DNA of 64,000 bases from Eledone cirrhosa. Taxonomy: Eukaryota. The position numbers were made by a program, and so were the translations under genes. Shown piece by piece: positions 43,480 through 59,054 of the stretch. Under the pieces are notes generated by a model, which was not told the DNA's origin, did not search any database, and saw only the letters and a list, made by a program, of their open reading frames with translations. The stretch's first letter is position 1; every line of letters starts with the position of its first letter. The stretch covers positions 27,404,001 through 27,468,000 of the forward strand of contig OZ024761.1 in NCBI GenBank assembly GCA_964016885.1. The letters are read 5' to 3'.

Positions 43480-44989
43480 ACAAAATTAACAACAATAACA
43501 CTATAAGTAACAGCAACATCTACAACAACACTATACGCAACAACAACCAAACTACTATACGCAACGATAAACACAGAAGCCATTATGGTACAATAACAAC
43601 AACACGACGACGACCACCACCACCAACAACAACAACATGACCACCACCACCACCAACAACACGACGACGACCACCTTCACCAACAACAATAACACCAACG
43701 CTATCACCAACACCACCACCACCACCACCACCACCACCAACAACAATAACAGCAGCATCAACAACAGCAACCCAAACGCCAACAACACTAACATCACCAA
43801 TACCACCACTAATACCACCACCATCACCACCATCACCACCACCGCCAACAACACTAACACCATTATGTTGCTACATGGAGTTTCTCGTTACCGATCCTTA
43901 GGCAACTAAATAAGACATTACCACCATAAGCACTATCACCAACAACACCCTCATCACCAACGACAATACCACCACCATCACAAACACCACCACCACCACC
44001 AACAACAACAACAACGTTACCACCACCATCACAAACAACATTACCATTACCATCGCGACCACTACCACCACCATCACCAACAACAAGAACATTACTACGA
44101 CCTACGACCACCACCAACAACAACGTGAGCACTACTGTGACAAACAACACTACTACCACCACCACTACCACCACCAACAACAAAACTACCACCACTAAAA
44201 CCACCATCAACAACACTACCACCACCACTAACAACAACAACTCGACCACCACCTTCACAAACATCACAACCACCACCACCACTAACAACAACAACTCGAC
44301 CACCACCTTCACAAACATCACAACCACCACCACCAACAACAACAACTCGACACCACCATCACAAACATCACCACCACCACCAGCAACAACAACAACAACT
44401 CGACCACCACCATCACAAACATCACCACCACCACCACCAACAACAACAACTCGAACACCACCATCACAAACATACCCCCACCAACAACGACGACCACCAT
44501 CACAAACACCACCACCTTCAGCACCACAAGCACCACCACCAACAACAACAACAACTCGACACCACCATCACAAACATCACCACCACCAACAACAACAACA
44601 ACTCGACCACCGCCATCACAAACATCACCACCACCACCAACAACAACAACTCGACACCAGCATCACAAACATCACCACCACCACCATCAACAACTCGACA
44701 CCACCATCACAAACATCACCACCACCACCACCACCACCAACAACAACAACTCGATCACCACCAGCACAAATATCCCCCACCAACAACAACTCGACACCAC
44801 CATCACAAACTCCACCACCAACAACAACAACAACAACAATTCGTCCACCACCATCACAAACACCACCACCTCCACCACCACCACCACACCACAACCACCA
44901 CCACCACCACCAACAACAACAACAACTCGACCACCACCATCACAAACATCCCCCCCCCCAACAACAACTCGACCACCACCATCACAAAC

Positions 44990-45021
<32 letters not shown>

Positions 45022-45084
45022 CCCGACCACCACCATCACAAACACCCCCACACCACCACCACCACCACCACCACCACCACCACC

Positions 45085-45115
<31 letters not shown>

Positions 45116-45945
45116 CCAGCTACATTAAGACAACGATGTAAGAATATTTCACAACCTAAGACATTAACGAGAGATTGGTCTTAGAAAATTAGTTTACTGT
45201 AAATTACGAGTAATACATTCTGTATAGAAGTAATATATCATTTGCTGTGGTTGTTGTTGTTACTGTTGTTACTGTTGTTGTTGTTAATTATGTTGTTACG
45301 GTTGTTGTTGTTACTGTTGTTACTGTTGTTACTGTTGTTACTGTTGTTACTGTTGTTGTTGTTGTCATTTTTACTGTTGTTGTCGTTGTTAAAGCTGTTA
45401 TTACGATTGTTTTGGTGGTGCTGGTTGTTGTTGTTACTGTTGTCGTTGTTAATGCTGTTGCTACGGTCGTTGTAGTTGTTGTTATTATTGTTATTACTGT
45501 TGTTGGCGTTGTTAAAGCTGGTGTTACGGTTGTTGTTGTTGTTGTCATTTTTACTGTTGTCAAAGCTGTTATTACGATTGTTTTGGTGGTGCTGGTTGTT
45601 GTTGTTACTGTTGTCGTTGTTAATGCTGTTGCTACGGTCGTTGTGGTTGTTGTTGTTGTTACTGTTGTTGTTGTTAATGCTGTTGTTGTTGTTAATGCTG
45701 TTGTTACGCTTGTTGTGGTTGTTGTTATTGCTTATGTTTGTTGTTCTTGCTGACGTTGTTGTTGTTGTCGTCGTTGTTGCTGTTGTTGTTGTCATTGCCA
45801 TTGCTGCTGCTGCTACTACTGCTGTTGCTGTTGTTGTTGTTATTCATGTTGTTGTTGTTGTTGTTGTTGCCGTTGTCGTTGCAAATCTTCTTCTTCTTCT
45901 TCTTCTTCTTCTTCTTCTTCTTCTTCTTCTTCTTCTTCTTCTTGT
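43480..45945. repeat. (CAA/CCA)n and (GTT)n low-complexity block with CTCGACCACCACCATCACAAAC units
   Basis: Directly visible. Confidence 0.85.
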
Positions 45946-46563
45946 TGCTCATGTTATTTTAAGTCAGTACTTTTGTTTGTTTCCGTAGATGTTTTTATCG
46001 CAAATGTCATTTTGTTGGACATCTTAGCTGAACATTTGCAGCTGGTGGCAGGACACGCGGCGATCTCCGCTGTCCGGTTCATCAGTCATCTCAACGTAAA
46101 TTGAGTCCTTTGTTAACGACATTAAATCAATTTACGGTTTACTGAACACTGAAAGCTTGATAAGTGACTTTGAACGTACACACATACTCACACATTCACA
46201 TACGTATACATTCATACACACACACACTCACACTCACACAGACACACACATACTCACACACTCACATACGTACACACTCACACACTCACACACACACACA
46301 CATACACACATACATACTCATGCTGACCAACACGCATACACTATCACCAACTTACACACACATATACACACGCTCACACGCTGACCAACACTCATACACT
46401 ATCACCAACTTAAACACACACACACACACACACACACTCACACGCTCACACGCTCACCAACACGCATACACTATCACCAACTTACAAACATACAGACTGA
46501 CACAGAGACTAAGACGCATACACAACCACACACCCTTGTATTCTTTTACTTGTATAAAATGTA

Positions 46564-46611
<48 letters not shown>

Positions 46612-46676
46612 GATACATCGTTATACACGTACACTGATGTATAAAATGTAATATGCATTAAGTATATCTATCTATT

Positions 46677-46748
<72 letters not shown>

Positions 46749-46790
46749 TTAATATAAATAAATTGTAATTGACCCCTGAGTGTAAACTCT

Positions 46791-46860
<70 letters not shown>

Positions 46861-46939
46861 GTTGTGTATAATGGTAGCTATGGTGCTTCCATAGGCGGTA
46901 TGCCAAAATTGGCACTCGATATTCAGCAGAGTAGAGTGT

Positions 46940-47630
46940 AGATAGTATAAAGAAAACGAAAAATCAGTGATGGTCCTTGTATGGATCTGGCTGATTCTAC
47001 TGTTGCAGGTTCTTTCAGACACGGGTATTTCGTTAGGAGCAAATTTTATCACAGGGGTGTTATAAAAAAACACCCTAAAAAAACCCTACTACCACTCTTG
47101 TCATGCCATTGGCTGTTTTTACTCCACGTCATCACAAGTTCTGGTCATCAGCCATTTTCCGTCCTACACATTTCAATGGAGTCATGCTGGGTTCAGTATC
47201 TCACACGTCTGTTCACACTCCAGATTAAGCACCCACACATGCGAATATACACACACATATACACACACCTGCAGACACAGACACATTCGTGCATACACAC
47301 ACGTACGCCTACATGCGTAGACACCCCCCACCCCACATACATACATACATGTATACATACATACACACGCTCTCCCTCACTTCCACGGACACAGTCACAC
47401 CCACTTGTAGATATATATCGCCACAAGCCTTATAACGGATGCTTAAGTCGCGCCATATATCCGATCGGATAAGCATAGCCTACTCAAACATACACATATA
47501 TACATACATGCGCGCGCACACATACATACGCACAACCTTATATACATTTATATATATATACACACTCATGCACACACATACATACATACATACATACATA
47601 CATACATACATACATACATACATACATACA

Positions 47631-47662
<32 letters not shown>

Positions 47663-47667
47663 CACAC

Positions 47668-47733
<66 letters not shown>

Positions 47734-48682
47734 GTACACATATATATATATACTCACACATGCCCACACATACGTATACAAAATTACATACACACGTACA
47801 TATTTACACACACACATATATATATATATATATACAAAAAAAACAACCTAACATGCATACGCACACCCACATATATATATACATATACATACACACATGC
47901 AGACATATATACATCTACATATGCATACGCACACGTGCTGCCACGTGCATACACCTGCATATATGCATATTTGCTTACACACATGTGCTTCCACATATAA
48001 ATATATAAGCAAAACCGTAATTTAAAAATTAAAAATACATTATACAATAAAAAAACACAATATACCATAACATAACGGTAAAATACCATAACATAAAGTA
48101 TAAAATATAAGGTATAAAATATCAATATATTATACAATATGATATATATATATCTCCCCATATATATATATATATACATACACACACATGTACACAGATT
48201 CATAGTTACATATACGGATATATACAAAGGGGATATGTGATAAGGTAATACAAAAAGAATAATAGTAATAAAATGCATATATACTCCATATATAATCATC
48301 CGTACACATTCCTGTGAGATGCACATAAACACATACATGTATGCACAAATACACATACACACATATAGAGGCCCACATATGCATACAGCCGCACCCACAT
48401 ACACACACATATATATATATTCATATACATATATATACACACTTACTCACCCCACAAACACACCAACTCATACGTAGCTATACGTACATACGCACACATC
48501 ATGATGATAACACCCCAGTGATAAAATTTGCTCCGAACGAAATACCTGTGTCTGAAAGAACCTGCAGCAGTAGAATCAGCCAGATCCATACAAGGACCAT
48601 GTCTCGAGCTACCTGCCGGCGAAACAATTGTAACAAGCAACAAATTGAGTCCAGATGCATCACTGATTTCTCGTTTTCTTTA

Positions 48683-48690
<8 letters not shown>
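46940..48690. repeat. Two opposed copies of a dispersed repeat (46940-47062 minus; 48510-48690 plus)
   Basis: Both give the pseudo-peptide NTPVIKFAPNEIPVSERTC; the plus copy has GAAA-CAATTG-TA resembling a hammerhead 3' half. Confidence 0.65.
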
Positions 48691-48736
<46 letters not shown>

Positions 48737-48791
48737 TGATTTAAAACTTCGCTATTCACAAGTGTTTTCTAAGCTTCATATCATGTATCCC

Positions 48792-48862
48792 TATTTTATC
48801 TGATGAAAACGCAGATATCATCCCATGATGATATTTGTTTTTGAAATGCGCATAATAAAATA
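48792..48862 (+). ncRNA. Hammerhead motif in a PLE tail fragment (48738-48897)
   Basis: TATTTTAT-CTGATGA-AAACGCAGATATCATC..GATGATATTTGTTTTT-GAAA-TGCGCA-TA-ATAAAATA. Confidence 0.8.
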
Positions 48863-48892
48863 CTTGGAACTCTTTTAACCATCTTTTGATCT

Positions 48893-48938
<46 letters not shown>

Positions 48939-49003
48939 GTATGTATATATATATGTATATACATACATGCATACTACATACTCACGCATCCACATATATA
49001 TAT

Positions 49004-49078
<75 letters not shown>

Positions 49079-49279
49079 ATATGGAACTATAAAAAGCGAA
49101 TAAAGATTTCGCAGTGAGACGTGTCAAAACTTGTAGTAGAGTGAAATATATTTGAGATATTGAGGTGAATGTCCTATTAGATTTCGTCTTTAGCAGCAGA
49201 TTATATTATATATTGAATTAGGAATACATTGATTGATAGTAAATTCTTAAAGACAACATTATTGCACCACATGCATCAA

Positions 49280-49560
49280 TCGTCAGCTGAAACTGGAACA
49301 TTTATCAGCAAATGTTTATACAAAGATAAAGATATGGGACTTTATAGATCTTAACACATTCGTGAGATAGCAGCATCTTGCTTAACTTAAACAAACCATT
49401 CACCAAAGGGTTTAGAAATGCCCTTAATATTGTCTCAGACAATTAACAACCACTGGGAAAAGCAGGGTTCAGAAGTAGGGTTTCAATAAATGATTATTTA
49501 AAAGTCATGAACCAAGTTATTCAGATAGAGTGCCGGATTTACCATTATGCTAAATTGTGT
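49280..49560 (+). pseudogene. Old LINE reverse-transcriptase remnant (RTE-like)
   Basis: Degenerate translation QPLGKAGFRSRVSINDYLKVMNQVIQ resembles the QPxEQAGFR...DHL...Q motif of LINE RTs. Confidence 0.5.
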
Positions 49561-49732
49561 TTAAGAACAGGGACCCATTGGCCAGATGGGGGGTAGGGGG
49601 GTAGGGGTAGGGAGGGGAGGATCTTCCTGTCCCCAAAATGTTTCACATCCTTCAGGGCCAAAGCAAGGGGCCTACTAACGTAACTAGCAGAGAGAATCAT
49701 TTGTCCTAAATCCAACAGTGTTCAGATACGAC

Positions 49733-50135
49733 TAGAATACCATTGTGTTTAGAGGGTTGATTCTAGACTACCATTGTGTTTAGAGGGTTGATTCTAGACT
49801 ACTATTGGGTTTAGAGGGTTGATTCTAGAATACGATTGTGTTTAGAGGGTTGATTCTAGAACACCATTGTGTTTAGAGGGTTGATTCTAGACTACTATTG
49901 GGTTTAGAGGGTTGATTATTGAATACCATTGGGTTTAGAGGGTTGATTCTAGAATACGATTGTGTTTAGAGGGTTGATTATTGAATACCATTGTGTTTAG
50001 AGGGTTGATTCTAGACTACTATTGGGTTTAGAGGGTTGATTATTGAATACCATTGGGTTTAGAGGGTTGATTCTAGAATACCATTGTGATTAGAAGGTTG
50101 ATTGTTGAATACCATTGGGTTTAGAGGGTTGATTC
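49733..50135. repeat. 30-31 bp minisatellite, about 13 copies
   Basis: Unit GAATACCATTGTGTTTAGAGGGTTGATTCTA with variants. Confidence 0.95.
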
Positions 50136-50534
50136 GATTGTGCGAAAGAGACCCTTCGTTAACACCCTATTCCTAGATGTACTTAGTCAAAGCTGGCATT
50201 GGCTGAACAAACAAAACCAAAACAACAGCGGCAAGTACTAGAGTCTATATAACCAAACATATAACTAAACAGTGGTGTAGCAAATGATTTAAACCAGTAA
50301 AAGAGTAGAACAACATACTGACACGAACAGTAGACAGTGGTACGGTAATTAATTGATGGTTTCGGTTTAACTCCCTTTGTTCGTGTTCTTCAATTTTGAA
50401 TACTCTCAAAGGAGTTCATTTCATTAAATTACAAGGATAATCGCAGTTAATTGAAGTTTTTCTACTCTATATAATTCTTATGTAAGACTTTCTCTTCTCC
50501 CTTCTCAATCGGTCCCTTTACACACACATATATG

Positions 50535-50667
<133 letters not shown>

Positions 50668-50784
50668 GTATGTATATATATATGTATGTATATATATATA
50701 TGTATGTATATATGTATATATATATATATATGTATATATGTATATATATGTATATATACATATATGCATATATGTATATATATG

Positions 50785-50819
<35 letters not shown>

Positions 50820-50909
50820 GTAAGCATATATATTTATATGTATATATATATATATATATGTATATGTATATACATATTTATATATATGTATATACATATA
50901 TATATATAC

Positions 50910-51007
<98 letters not shown>

Positions 51008-51052
51008 TTACACATTTATGTATATATATATGTGTGAGTGTATACACATGCA

Positions 51053-51113
<61 letters not shown>

Positions 51114-51315
51114 ACACACACATGCATACGTACATAATTACAAACACAGACGGCGAAGATAAAAATTTGCATTTCTCGCCATGAAATCTAAGAGAGAGAA
51201 ACCTGACATGGCTGTATGCCAAGTAAATAAAGTAGTGTAAGGTGACCCGAGTAAAACAGATACAGCATTGAGGTTAGGTAGAGACAAGGGGGGAATGGTG
51301 GGGTGGATCTGTCGT

Positions 51316-53240
51316 GTGATGGAGAGCAGTAAGGGTGGTGTTGGTGGTGTTGGTGGTGTTGGTGGTGTTGGTGGTGTTGGTGGTGTTGGTGGTGTGGGTG
51401 GTGTGGGTGGTGTTGGTGGTGTTGGTGGTGTTGATAGTATTGATGGTGGTGTTGGTGGTGTTGGTGGTGTTGGTGGTGTTGGTGGTGTTGGTGGTGTGGG
51501 TGGTGTGGGTGGTGTGGGTGGTGTTGGTGGTGTTGGTGGTGTTGATAGTATTGATGGTGGTGTTGGTGGTGTGGTGGTGTTGGTGGTGTTGGTGATGTTG
51601 GTGGCGTTGGTGGTGTTGGTGGTGTGGTAGTGGTGTTGGTGGTGATGGAGAGCAGTAAGGGTGGTGTGGTGGTGTTGGTTGTGTTGGTGGTGTTGATGGT
51701 GTTGGTGGTGTTGGTGGTGTTGGTGGTGTTGGTGGTGTTGATAGTATTGATGGTGGTATTGGTGGTGTTGGTGGTGTGGTGGTGTGGTGGTGTTGGTGGT
51801 GTTGGCGGTGTTGGTGGTGTTGGTGGTGTGGTGGTGTTGGTGGTGTTGGTGGTGTTGGCGGTGTTGGTGGTGTTGGTGGTGTGGTGTTGGTATCGGTGGT
51901 GTTGGTGGTGTTGGTTGTGGTGGTGTTGGTGGTGTTGGTGGTGTTGGTGGTGTTGGTGGTGTTGGTGGGGTTGGTGGTGTGGTGGTGTTGGTTGTGGTGG
52001 TGTTGGTGGTGTTGGTGGTGTTGGTGGTGTTGGTGGTGTTGATAGTAGTGTTGGTGGTGTTGGTGGTGTGGTGGTGGTGTTGGTGGTGTTGGTGGTGTTG
52101 GTGGTGTTGGTGGTGTTGGTGGTGTTGATAGTAGTGTTGGTGGTGTTGGTGGTGTGGTGGTGTTGGTGGAGTTGGCGGTGTTGGTGGTGTTGGTGGTGTT
52201 GGTGGTGTGGTGGTGTTGGTAGAGTTGGCGGTGTTGGTGGTGTTGATGGTGGTGTGGTGGTGTTGGTGGTGTTGGTGGTGTTGGTGATGTTGGTGGTGTT
52301 GGTGGTGTTGATGGTGGTGTGGTGGTGTTGGTGGTGTTGGTGGTGTTGGTGGTGTTGGTGGAGTTGGTGGTGTTGGTGATGTTGGTGGTGTTGGTGGTGT
52401 TGGTGGTGTTGGTCGTGTTGATAGTATTGATGGTGGTGTTGGTGGTGTTGGTGGTGTTGGTGGTGTTGGTGATGTTGGTGGTGTGGTGTTGGTATTGGTG
52501 GTGTTGGTGGTGTTGGTTGTGTTGGTGGTGGTGGTGTTGGTGGTGTTGGTGGTGTTGGTGGTGTTGGTGGTGTGGTGGTGGTGTTGGTGGTGTGGTGGTG
52601 GTGTTGGTGGTGTTGGTAGTGTTGGTGGTGTTGGTGGTGTGGTGGTGTTGGTGGTGTTGGTGGTGTGGTAGTGGTGTTGGTGGTGTGGTGGTGGTATTGG
52701 TGGTGTTGGTGGTGTTGGTTGTGTTGGTGGTGGTGGTGGTGGTGGTGGTGGTGTTGGTGGTGTTGGTGGTGTTGGTGGTGTGGTGGTGGTGTTGGTGGTG
52801 TTGGTGGTGTGGTGGTGGTGTTGGTGGTGTTGGTGGTGTTGGTGGTGTTGGTGGTGTGGTGGTGGTGTTGGTGGTGTTGGTGGTGTTGGTGGTGTGGTGG
52901 TGGTGTTGGTGGTGTTGGTGGTGTTGGTGATGTTGCTGGTGTTGGTGGTGTTGCTGGTGTTGGTGGTGTTGATGGTGGTGTGGTTGTGTTGGTGGTGTTG
53001 GTAGTGTGGTAGTGGTGTTGGTGGTGTTGGTGGTGTTGGTGGTGTTGGTGGTGTGGTGGTGTTGGTGGTGTTGGTGGTGTTGGCGGTGTTGGTGGTGTTG
53101 GTGGTGTTGTTGGTGGTGTTGGCGGTGTTGGTGGTGTTGGTGGTAGTGGTGTTGGTGGTGTTGGTGGTGTTGGTGGTGTGGTGGTGTTGGTGGTGTTGGT
53201 GGTGTTGGCGGTGTTGGTGGTGTTGGTGGTGTGGTGGTGA
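51316..53240. repeat. (GGTGGTGTT)n 9-bp-based array
   Basis: Directly visible; source of the 761 aa and 715 aa pseudo-ORFs. Confidence 0.92.
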
Positions 53241-53455
53241 GAAAGAGAGAGAGGAAGAGATAGTGATTGTGACAGAGCAGATTGCAAGAGAGACATAGAG
53301 AGGGGGAGAGGAGACAGAGAAGGAGACTGGAAGAGAGCTGGTGGTGTTGTTGTGTATATATATATGTCTGTGTGTGTATATATGTGTGTGTCTCTGACCA
53401 GTGTATATAGATCACAGACACCTACATATATATATATATACACACGCACACACAT

Positions 53456-53484
<29 letters not shown>

Positions 53485-53486
<2 letters not shown>

Positions 53487-54460
53487 ATTAAAGAAAGAAG
53501 AGTAACATGGTTGGCTGTACAATAAGGGCTTTATTCACAGTGCTGACAATTGTTTCGTTGATCTGGTAGGTCTAGAGTTCGCTAATCGCTTGATGCTGCG
53601 TCAATCGATCTCCAATACCAATTTCACTTAATACCAGCCACCGTAGAACCATAAATCTCTATACACTCTCTCCATCAATCTCACTAGATTAATACAACAG
53701 GAGAAAATACCTACGACAATCATTTATCTGTCAAACCATAAATCAATCTCCGTTTTATTGTTGTTCTTGTTTCAGACCCACAGCTCATTTGTATCTAAAT
53801 CTCTCATAATTGCACTTAAAGTGGAGACCCTAAAATCTGACTCTAAGTACATTTTATTATTTATCCCTTTATCTACGTTAATTCATTCCCTTAGTAATAC
53901 TACTACTTTTAATGTACCCTATGGTAGTTTTCGCATGTCACTTCATACATCTGTATCATCTTTGTTTATTTACCATGCGTGTTTTATTATTATGTTCTAT
54001 TTTTTATTATTATTGATGTTATTGTTTTAATTATTCACTATCTAGATATTTTGTTACTGATGTTATTGTTCTGGTCTAACACCAGTCTTCTATATAAGCC
54101 ATGCCTTGCATATTATTCTCATATCCACTTGCTCTGATGTATTGACTTGTTGTAAACAAAGTATTGGAGATCGATTGACGCAGCATCAAGCGATTAGTGA
54201 ACTCTAGACCCATCAGATCAACGAAACAATTGTCAGCACTGTTAATAAAGCCCTTATTGTACAGCCAACCATGTTACTCTTCTTTCTTTAATTATTATTA
54301 CTCCAAGTATAACCTGCATAGAAATTACCGCGAACTCGCTAGATCACTGTGGAAGCGTCTTGTTGAGTCAAACTAAGCCACACGTTAAAACCATCCACAA
54401 CACGGAGTACTCTAACTGGACTACCTCTAAGTGGATTACCTATAACGATAACATGTTATC

Positions 54461-54463
<3 letters not shown>
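53485..54463 (+). mobile_element. Fold-back PLE-like fragment
   Basis: 53485-53617 is the reverse complement of 54162-54295; degenerate hammerhead TGCT-CTGATGT...GAAA-CAATTG-TC-AGCA; (TA)n flanks. Confidence 0.65.
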
Positions 54464-54522
<59 letters not shown>

Positions 54523-54599
54523 CGGCGATGAATAAGTTTTGCGAGGTTTTTGATATGAAATCGTGTGTCGAAACAAATATTGTTATACTTTGGGAGCAA

Positions 54600-55684
54600 A
54601 TCATGGAATAGCTTAGATAGGGCTAGACATAAGATAGGGAAAGCCACCTCATGGTACGACAACCAGAGATACCAGTTGTCATGTTTGTGGACACTATCCC
54701 TGGAGGGAAATTAGCTAACCAGTGTAGAAAGGCCCTAAGAAAGACCCACTTAAAGATTAAGGTGGTAGAAAAGCCAGGAACCACCATAAAATCCCTGATC
54801 AGCAAAAGCTACCCTTTTAAGAAAACCCACTGTACTAATAGGAAATGTATCTTATGTAAGGTAAACCCCCGGATAAACTGTAAAACTAGAAACGTAGTCT
54901 ATAGCATAAGATGTACAGAGGGTACTTGCAGAAACATGACAACAACATACATATGCGAGACAGCTCGTAGCATAGGTGAAAGGATAGACCAACACTGGGG
55001 GGAATTAAAAGGACGAAAAAACGGTTCAGTACTATACGAACATGCGAGATAACAACACGACGGTAACATAGACAACATAGAAATTAGAATAATATCTAAA
55101 CATAGAAATGACCCAGCCGATAGACAAATCAGAGAGGCTAGTGAAATAGAACTTAGAAGACCAAGGCTAAAGAGAAAAAATGAATGGAATAACAACCCAA
55201 ACAAACAACACTGACCTAAGAGAAGTATAAATAAATAAATAGATAAATAAATAAATACATACACAAGCACAATAACAACAAACACATATAAACACACACT
55301 ATTAACCAATACACAGTCACCCAAACACGAACACACATCAAACAAAACACTATACACAACACGCAAACGCATGAGCAAAGAAGACAAAAATAATAAACAA
55401 ATAAATAAATATATAAACAGACTAAATAAAGATGGCGTAGACATACAATGCAACGGGAGGAAACAATAGCACCACTGACGATGTTGCAGATGTGCAACGA
55501 AAGAACTTAGATAGACGATATATATGTGTTTGTGTCTATATTGTATCTGTATTTTTGACCGTTGGTCAGTCAATGACAACGTTGAGGACCGAATAAATTA
55601 AATTAACCGATATAAAAGACACCAACCAAACAGTGAGTGTGTTCTGTTATTAATTCTGGCAATATTACACAAATATGACCCTCC

Positions 55685-55687
<3 letters not shown>
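54600..55687 (+). mobile_element. Second Penelope-like family: thumb/linker + GIY-YIG remnant and 3' region
   Basis: VMFVDTIPGG...IKVVEKPG...C..RKCILC...CKTRNVVYSIRC...YICETARSIGERIDQH...LYEH, in-frame stop at 55050, then QHDG...DRQIREA...NEW to 55214; hammerhead-like CTGACGA..GAAA at 55475-55502. Confidence 0.8.
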
Positions 55688-55742
<55 letters not shown>

Positions 55743-55749
<7 letters not shown>

Positions 55750-56075
55750 ATCAAAAGATGGTTAAAAGAGTTCCATGTATTTTATTATGCGCATTTCAAA
55801 AACAAATATCATCATGCGATGACCTTTGCGTTTTCGTCAGATAAAATAGGGAGACATGATATGAAGGTTAAAAAAAACAGTTGTGAACAGTGCAGTTTTA
55901 AATCAACATATCGCATGATGATATTTGTTTTTGAAATGCGCATAATAAAATACATGGAACTCTTTTAACCATCTTTTGATCTTATATATTATTTATACTC
56001 CAGTCCTACACACTGTAGAGTGCTACTTATCCGATATCTGCATTGCTTTATTGTACTACAATAAAACTCACCTCC

Positions 56076-56078
<3 letters not shown>
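55743..56078. mobile_element. Fold-back PLE tail of the 38.3 kb family with a minus-strand hammerhead (55778-55848)
   Basis: 55743-55818 is inverted at 55912-55988; CTGACGA...GAAA-TGCGCA-TA core. Confidence 0.75.
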
Positions 56079-56106
<28 letters not shown>

Positions 56107-56469
56107 GGGGAGAGTCATATATGGTTTTTATTCGTATATATATATACGAATAAAAACACATGTATATATATATATACAGACACGTATATATATGGCCTTC
56201 CAGTTTCATTTCACATTATATATATATACATGTCTGTGTATATTTTAATTATTTAAAAATTATTTTTAAGTGAACCAAATTAAAAAAAAATGTTTTAAAG
56301 TGAACATGACCCAACGGGTCACGGCTGGTCTACTATATATAATGTTTAATATAGAAGTGGCTTCTACAGGACTAAAACTGTTTCATTGGAAGCCATTTCT
56401 ATATTAAACGTTATATACTCTACCATGTATTGAGTACCTTACTTACTGAGGTTACCCCAGATTGAACCC

Positions 56470-56533
<64 letters not shown>

Positions 56534-56691
56534 TATATATGTGTGTATGTGTATGTATATGTATATATGTATGTATATATTTTGGACGATAATGTGTACA
56601 CTAAAATATTCTGGCTAAGTGTTATCAGACAGACAGACAGACAGACAGAGGAATATCTGTCTGTCTGTGTATCTTTATATCTATCGATCTC

Positions 56692-56721
<30 letters not shown>

Positions 56722-56725
<4 letters not shown>

Positions 56726-57083
56726 AAGTATCACTTTAGAAGGAGAATCAGGGTGGAGAGAGAGGCACTGCACCCCAGTAAATTTACTGAAAGGTGGGTG
56801 AATGAAGCGAAAATGGCCCGAGTGATTGGGCCTTCTCTGTTTATAAGCCTGTAGGTTGAGGAAGAGAGCAAAAGGAAGAAAGGAGCACTTGCACAACACG
56901 CTCCTTGAGTTGAGGGTTGTTCTATCGACGGGGTATTAAACAACCCATTTGTGGCGCCTCCCCCCTATTGGGGATTTCGATTGTTGAAATTGTTTTTATA
57001 TTTTTTACACGACTGTATGTAAAATCCCCGGCATGTCTTTGTATTGTCCCCTTTCTTGTTGCGCCCTTGTGGCTAATAAAGAA

Positions 57084-57085
<2 letters not shown>
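56722..57085 (+). mobile_element. 5'-truncated Tx1/L1-like 3' end inserted in (TATC)n
   Basis: ORF end FKYHFRRRIRVEREALHPSKFTERW resembles Tx1-like ORF2 C-termini; 3' end CCCTTGTGGCTAATAAAGAAAT; (CTAT)n on both sides. Confidence 0.7.
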
Positions 57086-57148
<63 letters not shown>

Positions 57149-57149
57149 A

Positions 57150-57188
<39 letters not shown>

Positions 57189-57440
57189 CATTAATCTATG
57201 CATGTATATAAACATATATCTTACTTATGCATACATAGTCCACTTATCTTGAAGAAAGCTACAACGCTCTCTTGAACATACATACATACGCACATACATA
57301 TACATACATACACAAATACACACATATACAAACATACACATACATATACATATACATACATACATACGTACATACGTACATACGTACATACATACATATA
57401 TATTCTTGTGTACATATATAAAAACTCAGGCACGTACATA

Positions 57441-57473
<33 letters not shown>

Positions 57474-57505
57474 GTATGTATACATATATATATATACGTA
57501 TATAT

Positions 57506-57584
<79 letters not shown>

Positions 57585-57604
57585 CCATATATATATCTAT
57601 ATAC

Positions 57605-57742
<138 letters not shown>

Positions 57743-58071
57743 TTATATATATATATATATACCTAACACACACACATATATACACACATATATATATATA
57801 TATATATTAATTTTCAGTGTAAAACTTTATTTATGGGAAGACGTACATACGCATATGTTTATACAGAAATATTTTTTTTTATAAAATTTTACTTTAAAAT
57901 TTTTCATCTCACTCTTAACATTATAAATTTATGTAATTACATTTTTTCATTCATTAAAAACTCTTTTCTTTGAATTATCTAGAATATTCTTTGCGATGAC
58001 TCTGCTTTTTATTAACATTATATATATTATGTATGTATGTATGTCTGGAATTATATATATATACATATATG

Positions 58072-58203
<132 letters not shown>

Positions 58204-58422
58204 CATACACACACATATATATATAATATATATATATATAAACATACATGTAAACGCACACATACACACACACAGAGTTGTATAACGCATAAACACGCAC
58301 CCACAGAATCACATACTCATTTACACATTATACATACAATCATACACACAGACGCCGACACTCACACACACACACACAAACACCCACCACACACCCACAC
58401 AAACATATACACACACACACAC

Positions 58423-58507
<85 letters not shown>

Positions 58508-58661
58508 AGCATGAGGAATCTTCTAATTGAGATATACAGGAGGGATAATTATAAAGTGCTAAAGAATTCAACTGGAGACGATATATATATATATATAGAG
58601 AGAGAGCGAGAGAGAGCGAGAGAGAGCGAGAGAGAGAGATATATAAATAGATAGATAGATA

Positions 58662-58743
<82 letters not shown>

Positions 58744-58956
58744 GAGTGTAAGAATGGCTGTGAAGGTTGAATATAACCGATATGATAAATAAGATTATTT
58801 GAAAGGTGGTATCTTGGGGGGATAACACGGAAAAGAGATTGATGGCGAGAGGACATTGGAAGATATTCATACACACACATACACACACACACACACACAT
58901 ATATGTATATTAATATGTATTATATATATATACATATATTATATATATATTAATAC

Positions 58957-58990
<34 letters not shown>

Positions 58991-59023
58991 ATTATATATA
59001 TATATTTATGTTTATATATACTG

Positions 59024-59054
<31 letters not shown>

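Noticed and set aside
46030-46090. Minus-strand CTGATGA with a GC hairpin as a hammerhead
   Set aside because: No correctly placed GAAA or stem III
49733-50135. Possible CRISPR array
   Set aside because: Head-to-tail repeats without unique spacers, eukaryotic context and no cas genes
51188-53473. 761 aa and 715 aa ORFs
   Set aside because: Translations of a (GGTGGTGTT)n array that is open in several frames; no domain content
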